From NCBI GenBank assembly GCA_002269645.1, contig NIVC01003003.1, forward strand, positions 1-64,000: DNA of 64,000 nucleotides, in the 5' to 3' direction. Position 1 is the first letter of the stretch, and each line of letters opens with the position of its first letter. The position numbers were made by a program, and so were the translations under genes. The notes below the pieces were generated by a model that was not told the origin of the DNA, did not search any database, and worked only from the letters and a program-made list of their open reading frames with translations. This document shows, in pieces, positions 25,969 to 37,895 of this stretch. This DNA is from Macrostomum lignano. Taxonomy: Eukaryota.

Positions 25969-26574
25969 ACTACTATCAGAAGGAGGTGGCGGACAGGATT
26001 GCACAGGATTAACCAGCTCAAATCTGTTGCAATTTCCCTTGGCGTCGCAGACAGCTTCTTTTAGGCTTCGCAGCTCGGCAGGCGGCGGTCGCCAGTCGCC
26101 AACAGCTCGCACGTAGACTCGAACCAGCAGCCGTGACGCCGGTAGCCTGCTAGTGCAGCCAGCCAAGGTTTCTGACTCGGCTGCCAGTCCATTCAGTGGC
26201 GCCTCGTCTGGCGGTATCTCTTGGCCAACTATGCAGGTTTGCAGGCGAGTCGGGATGTCGAATCTAAGCAGCAGTTCGCGCTTTAAATCGGCGATGGTGA
26301 CGGGGACAGAATCAACAACGGTCGGCATGGCCAGGTGAAGCGGCTGGCTGACGCGGGCGCATCTGGTCTGCAGTACTATGCTGACTAGTTGAACAGCTTC
26401 AATAGACGATGCTAGCGAGCCATTGTCTGGATCGGGATACACTTGGACACCAGCGGCGGGTCCGGAGCAGAGCTGCTCAACTATTTGGCCAGCCTCAGCC
26501 TCATCACCAGCCAGCACAGCCGACTGAAGGCGGCCGGCCAACTGCTGCTGACGGTGGCGCCAACTGTCCGACAT
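25969..26574 (-). CDS. RBCK1: RBCK1 homolog, first coding exon (LTM plus UBL domain)
   Basis: LAGRLQSAVLAGDEAEAGQIVEQL resembles the LUBAC-tethering motif; TIADLKRELLLRFDIPTRLQTCIVGQ is UBL-like; donor AGT|GTAAGT, phase 0; ATG at 26574 is inferred. Confidence 0.85.
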
Positions 26575-28862
26575 TGGGCCGGGCAGACAAACACTGCAGG
26601 GGGGGGGGGGGGCGTCAAGCCAAACGGAGAAATTATACACAAATAGCCATTGGCTGAGGGCAGTATTGTCATAATGTGAAAGTCAGATGCATTTATTGCC
26701 AAACTGCTCCTATCCCCAATTAGTCATCTAACCCCAAGGCATAGAGATTCCTATAATGGTTGTAGGACAATGTCACCAAAGGCAATGCACCAAGGTATTT
26801 TATATTTATATTTATATTTATATCACTTATTGACTGATAACTAGCTGCAAATTGTGATTTATAATATGATAGCAGTATGGAATCAATATTACTTGTTTTA
26901 GTAAATTTAGTCAACAAAATGCAAGGTTAAATTAACTAAATATAAGAATGCTCTAAGTAGCCATTGCCAAAGTTTAATAATTGATTATAGAATTTCAAAC
27001 TAAATTATCATATTTTGGCCTTAGAATTTGATGTTTAACATTGAAATAACTTTTAATAGCCTGTCTTATAGAGTTATTATATAATTTAACAAAATAAATA
27101 GGGTAAATAAGAGGGAAAAAGAGGGAAAAGAGAAAAAAGGGCAATAGAAAAAGAAGACAAAAAATTGCAACTAGACTATTAGAATGAAAACTAGATAGAT
27201 ACTGATAAACCATTTTTAATATATTGATTTAGTAAAGGTAAAAGTTACAATTGAAGCTAAGTTTCTTTTTGTTAAAATCAGATATAAATTAGGCACCAAA
27301 GAAGTATAATTTATATTTTTATAAAATTGATCATATACCTATATAGATAAATATAAGCTAGATAGAGACAAATAATTTTAATATAGTTTATATTTTAAAG
27401 TATTATAAAGTATATATAATAACTATATATTTTAAGCAATTAAGAGTAATAAGACTATATATTTTTACCAATAGCCAATACAAATCATAATTCTCATTTA
27501 TTTAATTGTTTTAAACATTTTAGATAAAAAAAAGTATGATAGGGGCCTAGTCTTTTTTCAACTTAACTTGAAATTTTCCCTTTCAGTCTAAACTTTATTG
27601 ATTAGGCCTAATAAAAATACTAAAACTAAATCCTATTGGATATTAGATATTATTTAAGATACTAGATATTAGATTTAGTATACTAGTAGGCCCCTAATCT
27701 AAAAAAATTTCCCTGCCTTAATGGCCTAATCTAGTTTTAGATAGATTAGCAAACTTTAGACTTAGGTCTAGGACTAGATAAAACCCAATAATCTTATCAT
27801 AAGCACTGGTGCAATTTCAGTTTTGGGGAATTCATCAAAAAAACTAAATTTGATAGATATGCCTATTCTAAGAAAAAAAGAGAGCGCATCTAGTAAAAAA
27901 TATATAAAACTCTGCAACTGCAAAGTGATATATAGCAGCAATGTCAATGAACCAAAAGTCATAGACAACTGACAACACTAACAGGCTCTAGTCTAGAAGT
28001 TATATAGGTAGGTTTATCTAGCAATGCGAATTGCAGCAAGTTTACTGAATCTGGCAACTAGTACTGAATAAGAGTGAACTTAGGTCGTTTTAGGATGTAT
28101 GTATTTCATCCTGACCTGCCTAAATGTACAGGTCAGTAATGCCGATAACAATATACAATACCGTGTAGATAGCAGACTTAGAGTTGACAAGGTCCAAGGC
28201 CACTTTAATTATGTCTAGAAGCATATTCACCACACAGTCCACTACCCACGTGACCTATAAACTAAGTTGTTAATTGTTTCATGGATATAGCTAATAGAAA
28301 TTAGGCCTAAGCAGAGTTTTCTAGTCGTCACAGGGCGGCAGTATTTAGGGAAAAAGTCTAAGTGTGCCCATCTTGGTTCAATAAAAGCTGTGATTTCTAT
28401 AGCTCTGTCTTTTGTTTTATTGGTATATAGAAGCCCCAGCTTAAATTCTGATCTTTTCAATCACTGAAATCAGTAGTAGATCACTGCATAATCATCTATC
28501 AGCCTGATAAATAAAATTTTCTTGGAAACATACATATTTTTACGGTCGGTCTCGGGTTCAGCCGTCTTATCAGTTGCTCCCTGTAACGGTTGCTGCAATA
28601 AACGCATGCACAAGCAAGATGCGATAACTGAGCAACATGTCTACCAGCTTGCCGACACTATTAAAGCTGCAGTATCGTCTAGAAAAGGCCGACCTAATGA
28701 TGATCCTGGTTCCCAGTGACGGCGTCCCGCAATCTCTTGGTGCTCCCCCAGACGGTCTTCTGGCGGAGCATGTGCAGGATGACCGCGCCCAGTGGCACCT
28801 TGCATTCAGCAGACCATTTAGGGCCGCTTATAATGACCGTTACGTCGCAAATGACGCCACTG

Positions 28863-28945
28863 CAGGTGTCGGCAAACTACAACCTGCAGGCCGCATGCGC
28901 GGTCCTCGAAGCCTAAATCTATCCGGCCCTCGGATCCTTTGAAGC
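28863..28945 (+). mobile_element. Possible hAT (Charlie-type) transposon terminus remnant
   Basis: CAGGTGTCGGCAAACTACAACCTGCAGGCCGCATGC resembles recalled MER58/Charlie-type ends; no TSD or transposase seen. Confidence 0.3.
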
Positions 28946-30071
28946 TTCACAATAGCAATCCGGCCCACTCAAGGTTTATGTCTCTTCTCAGCTGTCTCTC
29001 ATCTCTCTTCTCTCTCTTCTCTCTGTCCCCTTCTTCTCTAATTCTCTTATATTAATCTTTTCTCTTATTCCATCTCTCGCCTCTCTCTTCTCTCATCTCT
29101 CATCTTCTATTCTCCTTCCTTTTCGCTCTCATCTGGCCCGCAGCCATGAGCTGTATTATTTATCTGACCCTAGAGCCTAGAGGTAAAAAACGTTTTCTGA
29201 CCACTGCTCTACAGTGACAATGACGCTGAAGCGCTTTAAGACTCAAGAACGCCGGTAAAACGTATTGTAAACGCTACTTTTATTCCTAGAGCCTCTTAAG
29301 ACTAATATAGTAGCTCCAAATTCTCAAATACGAGTCATTCTAAAAGCATCCTGGATTCCTGTAGATGCTTCAGAGTCCCAGACAGTAAAACTCTTCAGAA
29401 CGTCTCCTAGGCAATGCACTTTTTAGCGCATTGCACTTTGTTGGCTAACAACACACTTTTATATTTAATTTTTCTGTACGAATTCATTCACAATTTTGTC
29501 GGGATCTCACTAGAGAGCTCTTGGGCGGGACTACACTGTCTGCCTGGAAAGAAACAAAACATCAAAAAAAGAGTCCATTAGTTTTCTTGTCCAAATATCA
29601 GTGCCAATGGTCAGCTAAAGTCTTGAGACCCGAGTTCCTTTCTGAGACTTGTGCGCTACTGCTGTTTTTCTCTCGCCGCGTTCTCAGCTGAGCTATACTG
29701 GGTCATGCATTCATCGTCCTTAGTTCTCGTCCCCAAAGCGCTCCATCTCTCGTCCTCTTCCCATTTCTACCCTGCTCAGCTTACAATTAATCCATATGTG
29801 TAGCTACATACAGCCTTTATTCTCTTCCCCACATATGCGCGGTATAAGGGCGACAGATGTACACTGTACATGTACACAGGCACCTGAGCTAATCGACAGG
29901 CAGCCTTTCTCATCTGTTTGCCGACTCCTCTCCCCTGCCCTCTCCAGCACAGAGTAGGCTTGCTAAAAGCAGGGAAAATTTAAGAAAGCCACCAGAACAG
30001 TTGGGCGAAGAAGACCAGAGCAATCTAGTTGGACCTCCGACGGCAGAGCTCAGTTGGTCAGTCGCTCAATT

Positions 30072-30452
30072 ATGATGTCATCATCGCCGATACACCTGGA
30101 CTACGAGGAGATTCTGGAGCACATTGGCAGCCTGGGCAGATATCAGCTGATGCTATTTAATCTGGTAGCCATATTCATCTGGAAATTTGCCGCCAACATG
30201 GTCCTAATCGAATTTCAAATTATTCAGCCACAATTTACCTGTCGCTCGTCGGTGCGCCTGAATAGCGACGAAGATTATGTTAATGAAACAGTTCCAACTT
30301 CCATTGTGGAAGTTTTTAATCACTCAACATTGCTCGACAGATCCAATACTGAGCAGTGCTGGCAAAATGATGGAAATTCTACAGCAGACAAGGTGGCTTG
30401 TACGCTCTTTGTGTACGACACCAGCGAATGGTTGCTAACCATTTCTAGCGAG
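30072..30452 (+). CDS. SLC22: SLC22 organic ion transporter, exon 1
   Basis: DYEEILEHIGSLGRYQ, TM1 and Cys-containing ectoloop to TISSE; donor GAG|GTAAAG, phase 0. Confidence 0.9.
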
Positions 30453-30577
30453 GTAAAGCCCTATGCTGCACATTATCGTAACTACAATTATAACTAATAA
30501 AATACGTAAGTAATTTTTTTCCCTGACCCAACCTTCTTGACTGAACTCATCCAGTGACCCTCCTGTGATTGAGACCT

Positions 30578-31020
30578 ATCCTCCACTGACTGGGGATACT
30601 CACCCTCCACTGACTGGGGATACTCACCCTCCACTGACTGGGGATACCCACCCTCCACTGACTGGGGATACTCACTCTCCACTGACTGGGGATACCCACC
30701 CTCCACTGACTGGGGATACCCACCCTCCACTGACTGGGGATACTCACCCTCCACTGACTGGGGATACCCACCCTCCACTGACTGGGGATACTCACCCTCC
30801 ACTGACTGGGGATACTCACCCTTACCCTCCACTGACTGGGGATACCCACCCTCCACTGACTGGGGATACCCACCCTCCACTGACTGGGGATACCCACCCT
30901 CCACTGACTGGGGATACCCACCCTCCACTGACTGGGGATACCCACCCTCCACTGACTGGGGATACTCACCCTCCACTGACTGGGGATACCCACCCTCCAC
31001 TGACTGGGGATACTCAACCT
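30578..31020. repeat. 24-bp minisatellite, SLC22 intron 1
   Basis: Unit CCTCCACTGACTGGGGATACYCAC. Confidence 0.95.
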
Positions 31021-31131
31021 CTATCGACTTGAATTTCACTAACAATACGCTCGTACAAGCTCACAAGAACACGCAACATAAATTCTAAAGTAAACTCCCA
31101 CACCTTGATGCTCCCTTCCCCCTGCATTCAG

Positions 31132-31232
31132 TGGAATCTGGTGTGCGGCCGAAGCGGCCTGCAGCCATTGGTATTTGCCACTTACGCTCTGGGCTTTGGA
31201 TTTGGTCTTGTCCTCGGCTTAATGGCCGACAA
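31132..31232 (+). CDS. SLC22: SLC22 exon 2
   Basis: WNLVCGRSG...GLMAD; CATTCAG acceptor, AA|GTAAGT donor. Confidence 0.9.
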
Positions 31233-32002
31233 GTAAGTGGTCGCTTTTTTTAATGCTATTTTCTGCTTTTACACCAGACGCCAGAGAATATCGAGCGCTA
31301 TTGATATTGCTATAGATTGACAACTCTCTTTGTGACTATATTCTAGTAGAAACCATGGATACTAACTACTTGTAGATGTGTCACACCCCAGAATATACGC
31401 TCATTCACTCTTCTTTCAGTAGCAAAATGTTCGTTTTTTTCCTTTATATAAAAGTAATGTTTACAAAATGCTTAAAGCTTTTAAAGCTGCGACAATCACC
31501 GCCTGCTTTCTATACAAGAGGACCCATTGAATTAGCATGAAGCTGCACCCAAATCCAGTGCGAGTGCATAGCGAGCTTGAGAAGGGGTAGTGCTCCAGTC
31601 CCAGCTAGACCGATAAACCGTTTCGCTACCTCTTGCCCGCTTGTGTTTGACTTTGACCTCTCTCCTTTCTGCTCTCTGATTGGCTGAGCTAGATTGGGCC
31701 TGTCCCCTAGGCTGAGTTTCGTCCATCTTTGTGCGTTCACTTGAGTACATCGAGTTAAATGCTAGCGACTTTCCTTTCTTGAGAAAGGAAAAGAAACTTT
31801 AGCTGCCATATAAAATTTTAAGAGACACTGCGCAGACAAACTACTGAAAAAGAGTAGATGCTCAAGTTTTTTTCCACAACTTTTAGTACGAGTTACATAA
31901 CTAGTTATTCTAGTATTTGCTGTATAGGCTTAGACTAGTTACTAACAGTAGGCGACAATGTACATCTATTAAACAAATTTCACATCAAAATGCATCTCTC
32001 AG

Positions 32003-32323
32003 ATTCGGCCGTCGACCAGTCGTGCTGATCAGCTGCGCTGCCGAGCTGTCGCTCAGCTTAGCCGAATGTCTCGCCCCGAATCTGCCCGTCTATCTGACGC
32101 TGCACTTCTGCCGCGGCATATTCGCCACCGTCGGCCTGTTGGCCGCCGTCTGCGTCGCCGAATTCGTCGCCTGCCGGCATCGAGCTGCCGTGGCAAACCT
32201 GCTGTGGCTGTACTGGTGCTTCGGCTACGTGTCTGTGGCTGGCTTGGCCTACTTTGTGCGGCACTGGCGCTGGCTGCAGGTGTGCGCCTGCCTGCCCTGC
32301 GTCTGCTACGTGGCCAGCTACTT
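32003..32323 (+). CDS. SLC22: SLC22 exon 3
   Basis: (K)FGRRPVVL MFS loop motif through RHWRWLQ; phase 2 at both ends. Confidence 0.92.
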
Positions 32324-32438
32324 GTAAGCTTGGGGAGAGTGAGGCTCGCTTTGCTAACTAGAGGCTTCACAAGCTAGGGACTTCACAGAGATATCACAAG
32401 CTGGAGATTCCACAAAAGCTTTCAAACAAATTTTCCAG

Positions 32439-32562
32439 TCTGCTGGAGGAGTCGCCGCGCTGGCTGATGGCCAACGGGCGCAACTCGGAGGCTCTGCGGG
32501 TTTGCCAGCGAATTGCCAAGATCAACCAGAGAAGCATTCCGACTGCTACTGTTGAGCTGATG
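32439..32562 (+). CDS. SLC22: SLC22 exon 4
   Basis: LLEESPRWLMANGR...IAKIN; donor ATG|GTGAGG. Confidence 0.92.
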
Positions 32563-32684
32563 GTGAGGTTTCAGTGGAGGATTTTCCATTGAGAAGAGGG
32601 GTTTCATGGTTTTAGGATTCCCGTTGGAGAAATGTTAGGATTCCCTTTGGAAGGGTTTTAGGATTCCCCGTTGCAGTGATTTAG

Positions 32685-33025
32685 GATTCCTCGTGGAGCG
32701 GTTTTGGGATTTCCCGTGAGAGTGTTTCCGGGATTCCCCGTGGGAATGTTTCTGGGATTCCCCTGGAGAGTGTTTCCAGGATTCCCCTTAGGAGTGTTAC
32801 TGGGATTTCCCGTAAGAGTGTTTCCGGGATTCCCCGTAGGAATGTTTCTGGGATTCCCCGGGAGAGTGTTTCCGGGATTCCCCTTAGGAATGTTTCTGGG
32901 ATTCCCCGGGAGAGTGTTTCCGGGATTCAACGTAGGAGTGTTTCTGGGATTCCCCGTAGGAGTGTTTCCGGGATTCCCCTTAGGAGTGTTACTGGGATTT
33001 CCCGTAAGAGTGTTTCCGGGATTTC
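32685..33025. repeat. 24-bp minisatellite, SLC22 intron 4
   Basis: Unit approximately GGATTCCCCGTAGGARTGTTTCYG. Confidence 0.9.
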
Positions 33026-33182
33026 AGTAGAAGTTCTAAGTTTCTCCACAGTGAGCTCTGGGTTCCCTCAATTAGAAGGTGCATAGTAGGATTAAGTATA
33101 TTAAAATTGCAACTAATGGAGCTGGAGAATTTTCTATCGATGAAAGAGAAAATTTAATGGGCAAAATATTTCGCTTCTACAG

Positions 33183-33280
33183 ACAGCTCAGCGACCGGTG
33201 TTCCAGTCTGAGAGCCACATCAAGGAGCTTTTTAATACGCCCGTGATGCTGCGAAAGACCCTCGTGCTGTTTCTGGCTTG
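33183..33280 (+). CDS. SLC22: SLC22 exon 5
   Basis: IKELFNTPVMLRKTLVLFLA(W); phase 0 in, phase 2 out. Confidence 0.88.
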
Positions 33281-33381
33281 GTGAGCAGGTTTAGTTGTGT
33301 CAGAATCTATTAGTGTTAAGTTAAAAGTAATAAGGTATAATTAATCGATAAAGATGATTAATCAACTCAATGAACGCGCAG

Positions 33382-33599
33382 GTTCGCCATCAGCCTCACT
33401 TACTACGGCGTCTCGCTGGACTCCGGCTTTGTTGTCGCTAGCAACGCTTTTGTCAGCACGGCGCTGTCAGGCCTCATCGAGGCACCGGCCTACGTGGCTG
33501 CCTGGCTGCTGGCCGACCGACTGGGCCGACGGGTGCCCTCAATGGCGATGTACATCGGCCTGGGCGCCTGCCTGGCATTGCTCAACCTGCCTGACCGCG
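33382..33599 (+). CDS. SLC22: SLC22 exon 6
   Basis: FAISLTYYGVSL...GLIEAPAY...DRLGRR; donor G|GTAAGG, phase 1. Confidence 0.92.
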
Positions 33600-33603
33600 G
33601 TAA

Positions 33604-33908
33604 GGGTTGCTATGGGGGGAGAGGGTTGCTAAAGGAAAAAAACGGTTGCTATGAAGGCGGTGGACGGTTGCTATAGTAGGGAAGAGAGTTGCTATGGGGA
33701 GGGGATACGGTTGCCACGAGAGGGAACAGGTTGCTATGAAAAGGGAAAGGGTTGCTATGAGAGGAAAGAGGGTTGCTATGGGAGCGGAGAGGGTTGCTAT
33801 GGTAGGGAAGCGGGTTGCTATGGTAGGGAAACGGGTTGCTATGGTAGGGAAACGGGTTGCTATGGGAGCGGAGAGGGTTGCTATGGTATGGAAAAGTGTT
33901 TCTATGGG
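33604..33908. repeat. ~20-bp degenerate minisatellite starting at the SLC22 intron 6 donor
   Basis: Repeated GGTTGCTATG core. Confidence 0.88.
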
Positions 33909-34051
33909 AGCAGGTGTGAATCAAAATTAGAGTTGCATCAGTAGAAATTTACTCGTATGAAACTTATTATATTCTAACTATTGACGACTCCGTGCACGAA
34001 GCCTAGTTAGTATTCAATTTCTAAAAATCAGCAAACGACCCCCATTTGCAG

Positions 34052-34376
34052 ACTCGGTAATTTACACGCTAATTGCCCTGACCGCCAAGCTGTTGGTCAC
34101 CAGCGCATTCTCGGTGCTGATTCACTATACAGCGGAAATCTGCCCGACCTCTGTGCGCAACGCCGGCCTGTTCGCTTGCAGCGCCGTCGGCCGGGCCGCC
34201 TCGGTTGCCGCACCGTTCGTCGTGATGAACGGCGGCGCCGGCGTCTCCAGGCTGGCCGCCAGCGTCGGTTTCGCCTGCCTGAGCGTCGCCGCCGGCCTTG
34301 CGATCGGCGTCGGACTGCCGGAGACCCGCGGCCTGCCGCTGATGCAGAGCGTGCAGGAGGCCAACCTGGTCACGCC
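34052..34376 (+). CDS. SLC22: SLC22 exon 7
   Basis: YTAEICPTSVRN and LPETRG motifs; donor CC|GTGAGG, phase 2 (TGA at 34378 if unspliced). Confidence 0.9.
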
Positions 34377-34387
34377 GTGAGGAGCTG

Positions 34388-34735
34388 GGGGGTCATTGCC
34401 CTCCCCTCCGTGTCTTGTGGATAGTTGGTCATTGCCCTCCCCTCCGTGTCTTGTGGATAGTTGGTCATTGCCCTCCCCTCCGTGTCTTGTGGATAGTTGG
34501 TCATTGCCCTCCCCTCCGTGTCTTGTGGATAGTTGGTCATTGCCCTCCCCTCCGTGTCTTGTGGATAGTTGGTCATTGTTTCCCCTTTGTGTTTTGTGGG
34601 TTTGTTTACCTACATTTGTCATTACCCACTGTCTCACACTGATCATTACCCACTGTCTCACACTGGTCATTACCCACTGTCTCACACTGGTCATTACCCA
34701 CTATCTCACACTGGTCATTACCCACTATCTCACAT
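34388..34735. repeat. Adjacent 36-bp and 24-bp minisatellites, SLC22 intron 7
   Basis: GTCATTGCCCTCCCCTCCGTGTCTTGTGGATAGTTG (~5 copies) then CATTACCCACTGTCTCACACTGGT (~5 copies). Confidence 0.92.
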
Positions 34736-34768
34736 TCCAAGATTCGAACCCATCTGCCCCAATTTCAG

Positions 34769-35057
34769 CGGCAGGGAGTCGCAATTTTTGGATCTGCTCA
34801 AAAAGCGTCGTGACGACATTGCCGTGTACTTTGTCGGTCAAGGCGGCTCGGCTGTTGCCATTGAAACGGCCAACGCTTCCTCATTCGGTTCCTCTCGCCC
34901 AGCCGAGTGGAGCCAGTGGAGCCAGCCGGAGCTCGAACCCGAGGAAGCGGTGAATTCGCCAGCGCCAGCCGCCGCAGCTGCCTCCGAGCCCGGCTATGAT
35001 GACGACCCCGCCGTATTCTTCTCGTCGTCCAAGTATCTGATCAATCCGTTCGCGTGA
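34769..35057 (+). CDS. SLC22: SLC22 probable exon 8 (acidic cytoplasmic tail)
   Basis: AATTTCAG acceptor, phase 2, fits exon 7; GC-rich and open to ...YDDDPAVFFSSSKYLINPFA*. Confidence 0.72.
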
Positions 35058-35359
35058 TTGGCAGTTCAAGGACTTAGAGATTTACTTATGCTTTTGAGCG
35101 TATTGGGTGCCCAAAATAACGGATAAAAGCAGCGTTTTTTAAAATCGATTTTTGTAGAATGCATCTGATTACTGTTTTTTGACGAGTATATGTTTCTAAC
35201 GTCTGAATATATACCTGCGAGTGCGAAGTTGACTACTTTTTTATATATTTCATAAGTAGTCTTGTAAGTACAAATGATAAATACTGACAGCTTTTTATTT
35301 CAAAGTCAATAATAATCATTTTAAAAACTGCTTTCCAGTTTTGTATTTTACCGTTTTCA

Positions 35360-35680
35360 ATGGCTAGATTAGCAATCCATTTGACCTATTTGATAGATTG
35401 GCTGGATTAGCAATCCATTTGACCTATTTGATAGATTGGCTAGATTAGCAATCCATTTGACCTATTTGATAGATTGGCTAGATTAGCAATCCATTTGACC
35501 TATTTGATAGATTGGCTAGATTAGCAATCCATTTGACCCATTTGATAGATTGGCTGGATTAGCAATCCATTAGACCTATTTGATAGATTGGCTAGATTAG
35601 CAATCCATTTGACCCATTTGATAGATTGGCTGGATTAGCAATCCATTTGACCTATTTGATAGATTGGCTAGATTATCAAG
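35360..35680. repeat. 38-bp tandem repeat
   Basis: Unit TGGCTAGATTAGCAATCCATTTGACCTATTTGATAGAT, ~8 copies. Confidence 0.93.
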
Positions 35681-35856
35681 CCATCTTTCATCGAATCAAA
35701 CTATGAAATAAAAAAAATGACATTAAAACATTTGTTTGATGATTTTTTTATAAGAATTTGATAAGCACAAGCGCATATCTCTTAAATCGATTAGAAGGAT
35801 AGATACAAGTCAATCAATATCAATCAAAGTCAACAAACACATCTGCAACGATTTGT

Positions 35857-36126
35857 CTACAGAAACCTGGGCGTTGACTGCCGCATCTCCCAATAGACGG
35901 CAACGGCAGCAATCATTATAAATATTGTCGGCATTGCCAACAGCAGCACCATCACATCGTCAGTGCTGACGTCTTGAACGGCAATTGAGCGCAGTTTCGA
36001 TCTAGGCAGGACAATGTACGAGTCCGACTCTTTGTGCTCCAATACGTTGCGCCTGCAAGCGGCTACTTGGTCAGGGAGGAGCTGGATGAGGCAGAGCAGC
36101 AGCAGCAGAGGCTGGAATAGGGACAT
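35857..36126 (-). CDS. Small (~89 aa) type I membrane protein of unknown function
   Basis: MSLFQPLLLLLCLIQLL...VAA is signal-peptide-like; a second hydrophobic stretch VMVLLLAMPTIFIMIAAVAVYW follows; single GC-richer ORF in AT-rich surroundings. Confidence 0.6.
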   Translation of the reverse strand: MSLFQPLLLLLCLIQLLPDQVAACRRNVLEHKESDSYIVLPRSKLRSIAVQDVSTDDVMVLLLAMPTIFIMIAAVAVYWEMRQSTPRFL

Positions 36127-36505
36127 CAGCTGTCGGCTTACTTTTACCTTCATAGCTTTTGGTAAAATAACAAACAAGCTCCTTCCTTTGCAAGATGTTT
36201 AATTACGAACGCTATCTACGAGTGTATTCTATATACTACTAGAATGTACTGAGTACTCTGGCCATAGACTACACGGCTTTGGCATCCCCTAAGCTTTTAA
36301 AATGATAGCGTTTTATATGTTCTCATATTTCGGGACAGCAAACCAGAGAGAGGATTCATTTTTAAAGCTTGCTTTATCTTTATATCTTAAAAAATGTTTT
36401 CATTAATTTACATCCTCGAAAGTTAGAATCCTTAACTGTGGTAATGTAGCTCGCTTTAAAATTAGCAAAAGAGCAAACGTCAAAACAAACATTTAATCTA
36501 TTTAA

Positions 36506-36548
36506 ACTGCCGACGCGTTTCGTCCAAAGCGGACATCTTCAGGGCAAA
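36506..36548 (-). ncRNA. Minimal type I hammerhead ribozyme (inverted arm copy)
   Basis: Reverse complement of the 37896-37938 motif. Confidence 0.8.
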
Positions 36549-37061
36549 CGAACCATCGAAAACACAAACGAGAATGTATTTAAATTATATCGAAAAATAT
36601 TGAGCGAACAAAAAACAGAAAGAACGAAAAAACATGTACATGCTGTAAACTTTTAACTAACAAACCAATCAGTTAAGAGGGTGCACCCACCTCACCACCG
36701 CGCACAACGAGATCAAAAAATTCTGAGTTGTTGCTCCATACCTTTACTCACAAGCTGAACGTTTAAGCTAGGATTGTACTTCCTAATGTACGTAGCCTCC
36801 AACAATTTTAGTTTTCTATCATTGTTACATCCATCCATCACCTTGAACAACTGCATAGGCTCACAGTCACAACACGCCTTGCACACGAATAGGTGGTCTT
36901 TAATGGCCGAAGACCCAAGCCAGTGCTCCCTCACCCTCTGGTGCAGATGCCGTTTAGTTTTTCCGATATAGGAAACACCCTGATCAACAGAGCATTGAAA
37001 TTGATAGACGACACCAGCCTTAACTCAAACGGATAGCCATTCGATTTAAGGATTCTAGTCA

Positions 37062-37729
37062 GGGCTTATGTTGTTTGCAGTTCTTGGGCGCTCTTCCATC
37101 AGGAAGTCAGTTCTCTGACTAGAATCCTTAAATCGAATGGCTATCCGTTTGAGTTTGTTAGCCGTATTGTTATCCAGTTTATTTCTGAAAAAGTGTCCGG
37201 TGTGCAACACGGGAAAGGTTCGGAGACGGACTCTTCGGTATCGCTGATGATTTTACCATTTCTTGGATCCGCTTCGATTGATTTTAAAAAGAAGTTAGAA
37301 AAGAGGTTTTTTAGATTGCTCAATTGCAAAATTAGAGTTGTGTTCAGGACTGAAAAGATTGCGCGCTACGCGAGCAGACTCAAATCTAGTGTTCCTCTCC
37401 CACTTAAGGCTGGTGTCGTCTATCAATTTCAATGCTCTGTTGATCAGGGTGTTTCCTATATCGGAAAAACTAAACGGCATCTGCACCAGAGGGTGAGGGA
37501 GCACTGGCTTGGGTCTTCGGCCATTAAAAACCACCTATTCGTGTGCAAGGCGTGTTGTGACTGTGAGCCTATGCAGTTGTTCAAGGTGATGGATGGATGT
37601 AACAATGATAGAAAACTAAAATTGTTGGAGGCTACGTACATTAGGAAGTACAATCCTAGCTTAAACAATCCTAGCTTAAACGTTCAGCTTGTGAGTAAAG
37701 GTATGGAGCGACAACTCGGAATTTTTTGA
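37062..37729 (+). pseudogene. Truncated Penelope ORF: RT C-terminal/linker region plus GIY-YIG endonuclease
   Basis: RAYVVCSS...LKSNGYP, LPFLG, GVVYQFQC...SYIGKTKRHLHQRVREH, LEATYIRKYNPSLN; the RT core is absent. Confidence 0.9.
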
Positions 37730-37895
37730 TCTCGTTGTGCGCGGTGGTGAGGTGGGTGGGCACCCTCTTAACTGATTGGTTTGTTAGTTAAAAGTTTACA
37801 GCATGTACATGTTTTTTCGTTCTTTCTGTTTTTTGTTCGCTCAATATTTTTCGATATAATTTAAATACATTCTCGTTTGTGTTTTCGATGGTTCG

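Noticed and set aside
28522-28942. Short ORFs 28522, 28637 and 28716
   Set aside because: No recognisable domain or splice context; they overlap putative transposon-end remnants.
34376-34380. Stop codon overlapping the splice donor as a special regulatory switch
   Set aside because: Any phase-2 GTRA donor creates an in-frame stop, so this follows from the splice consensus.
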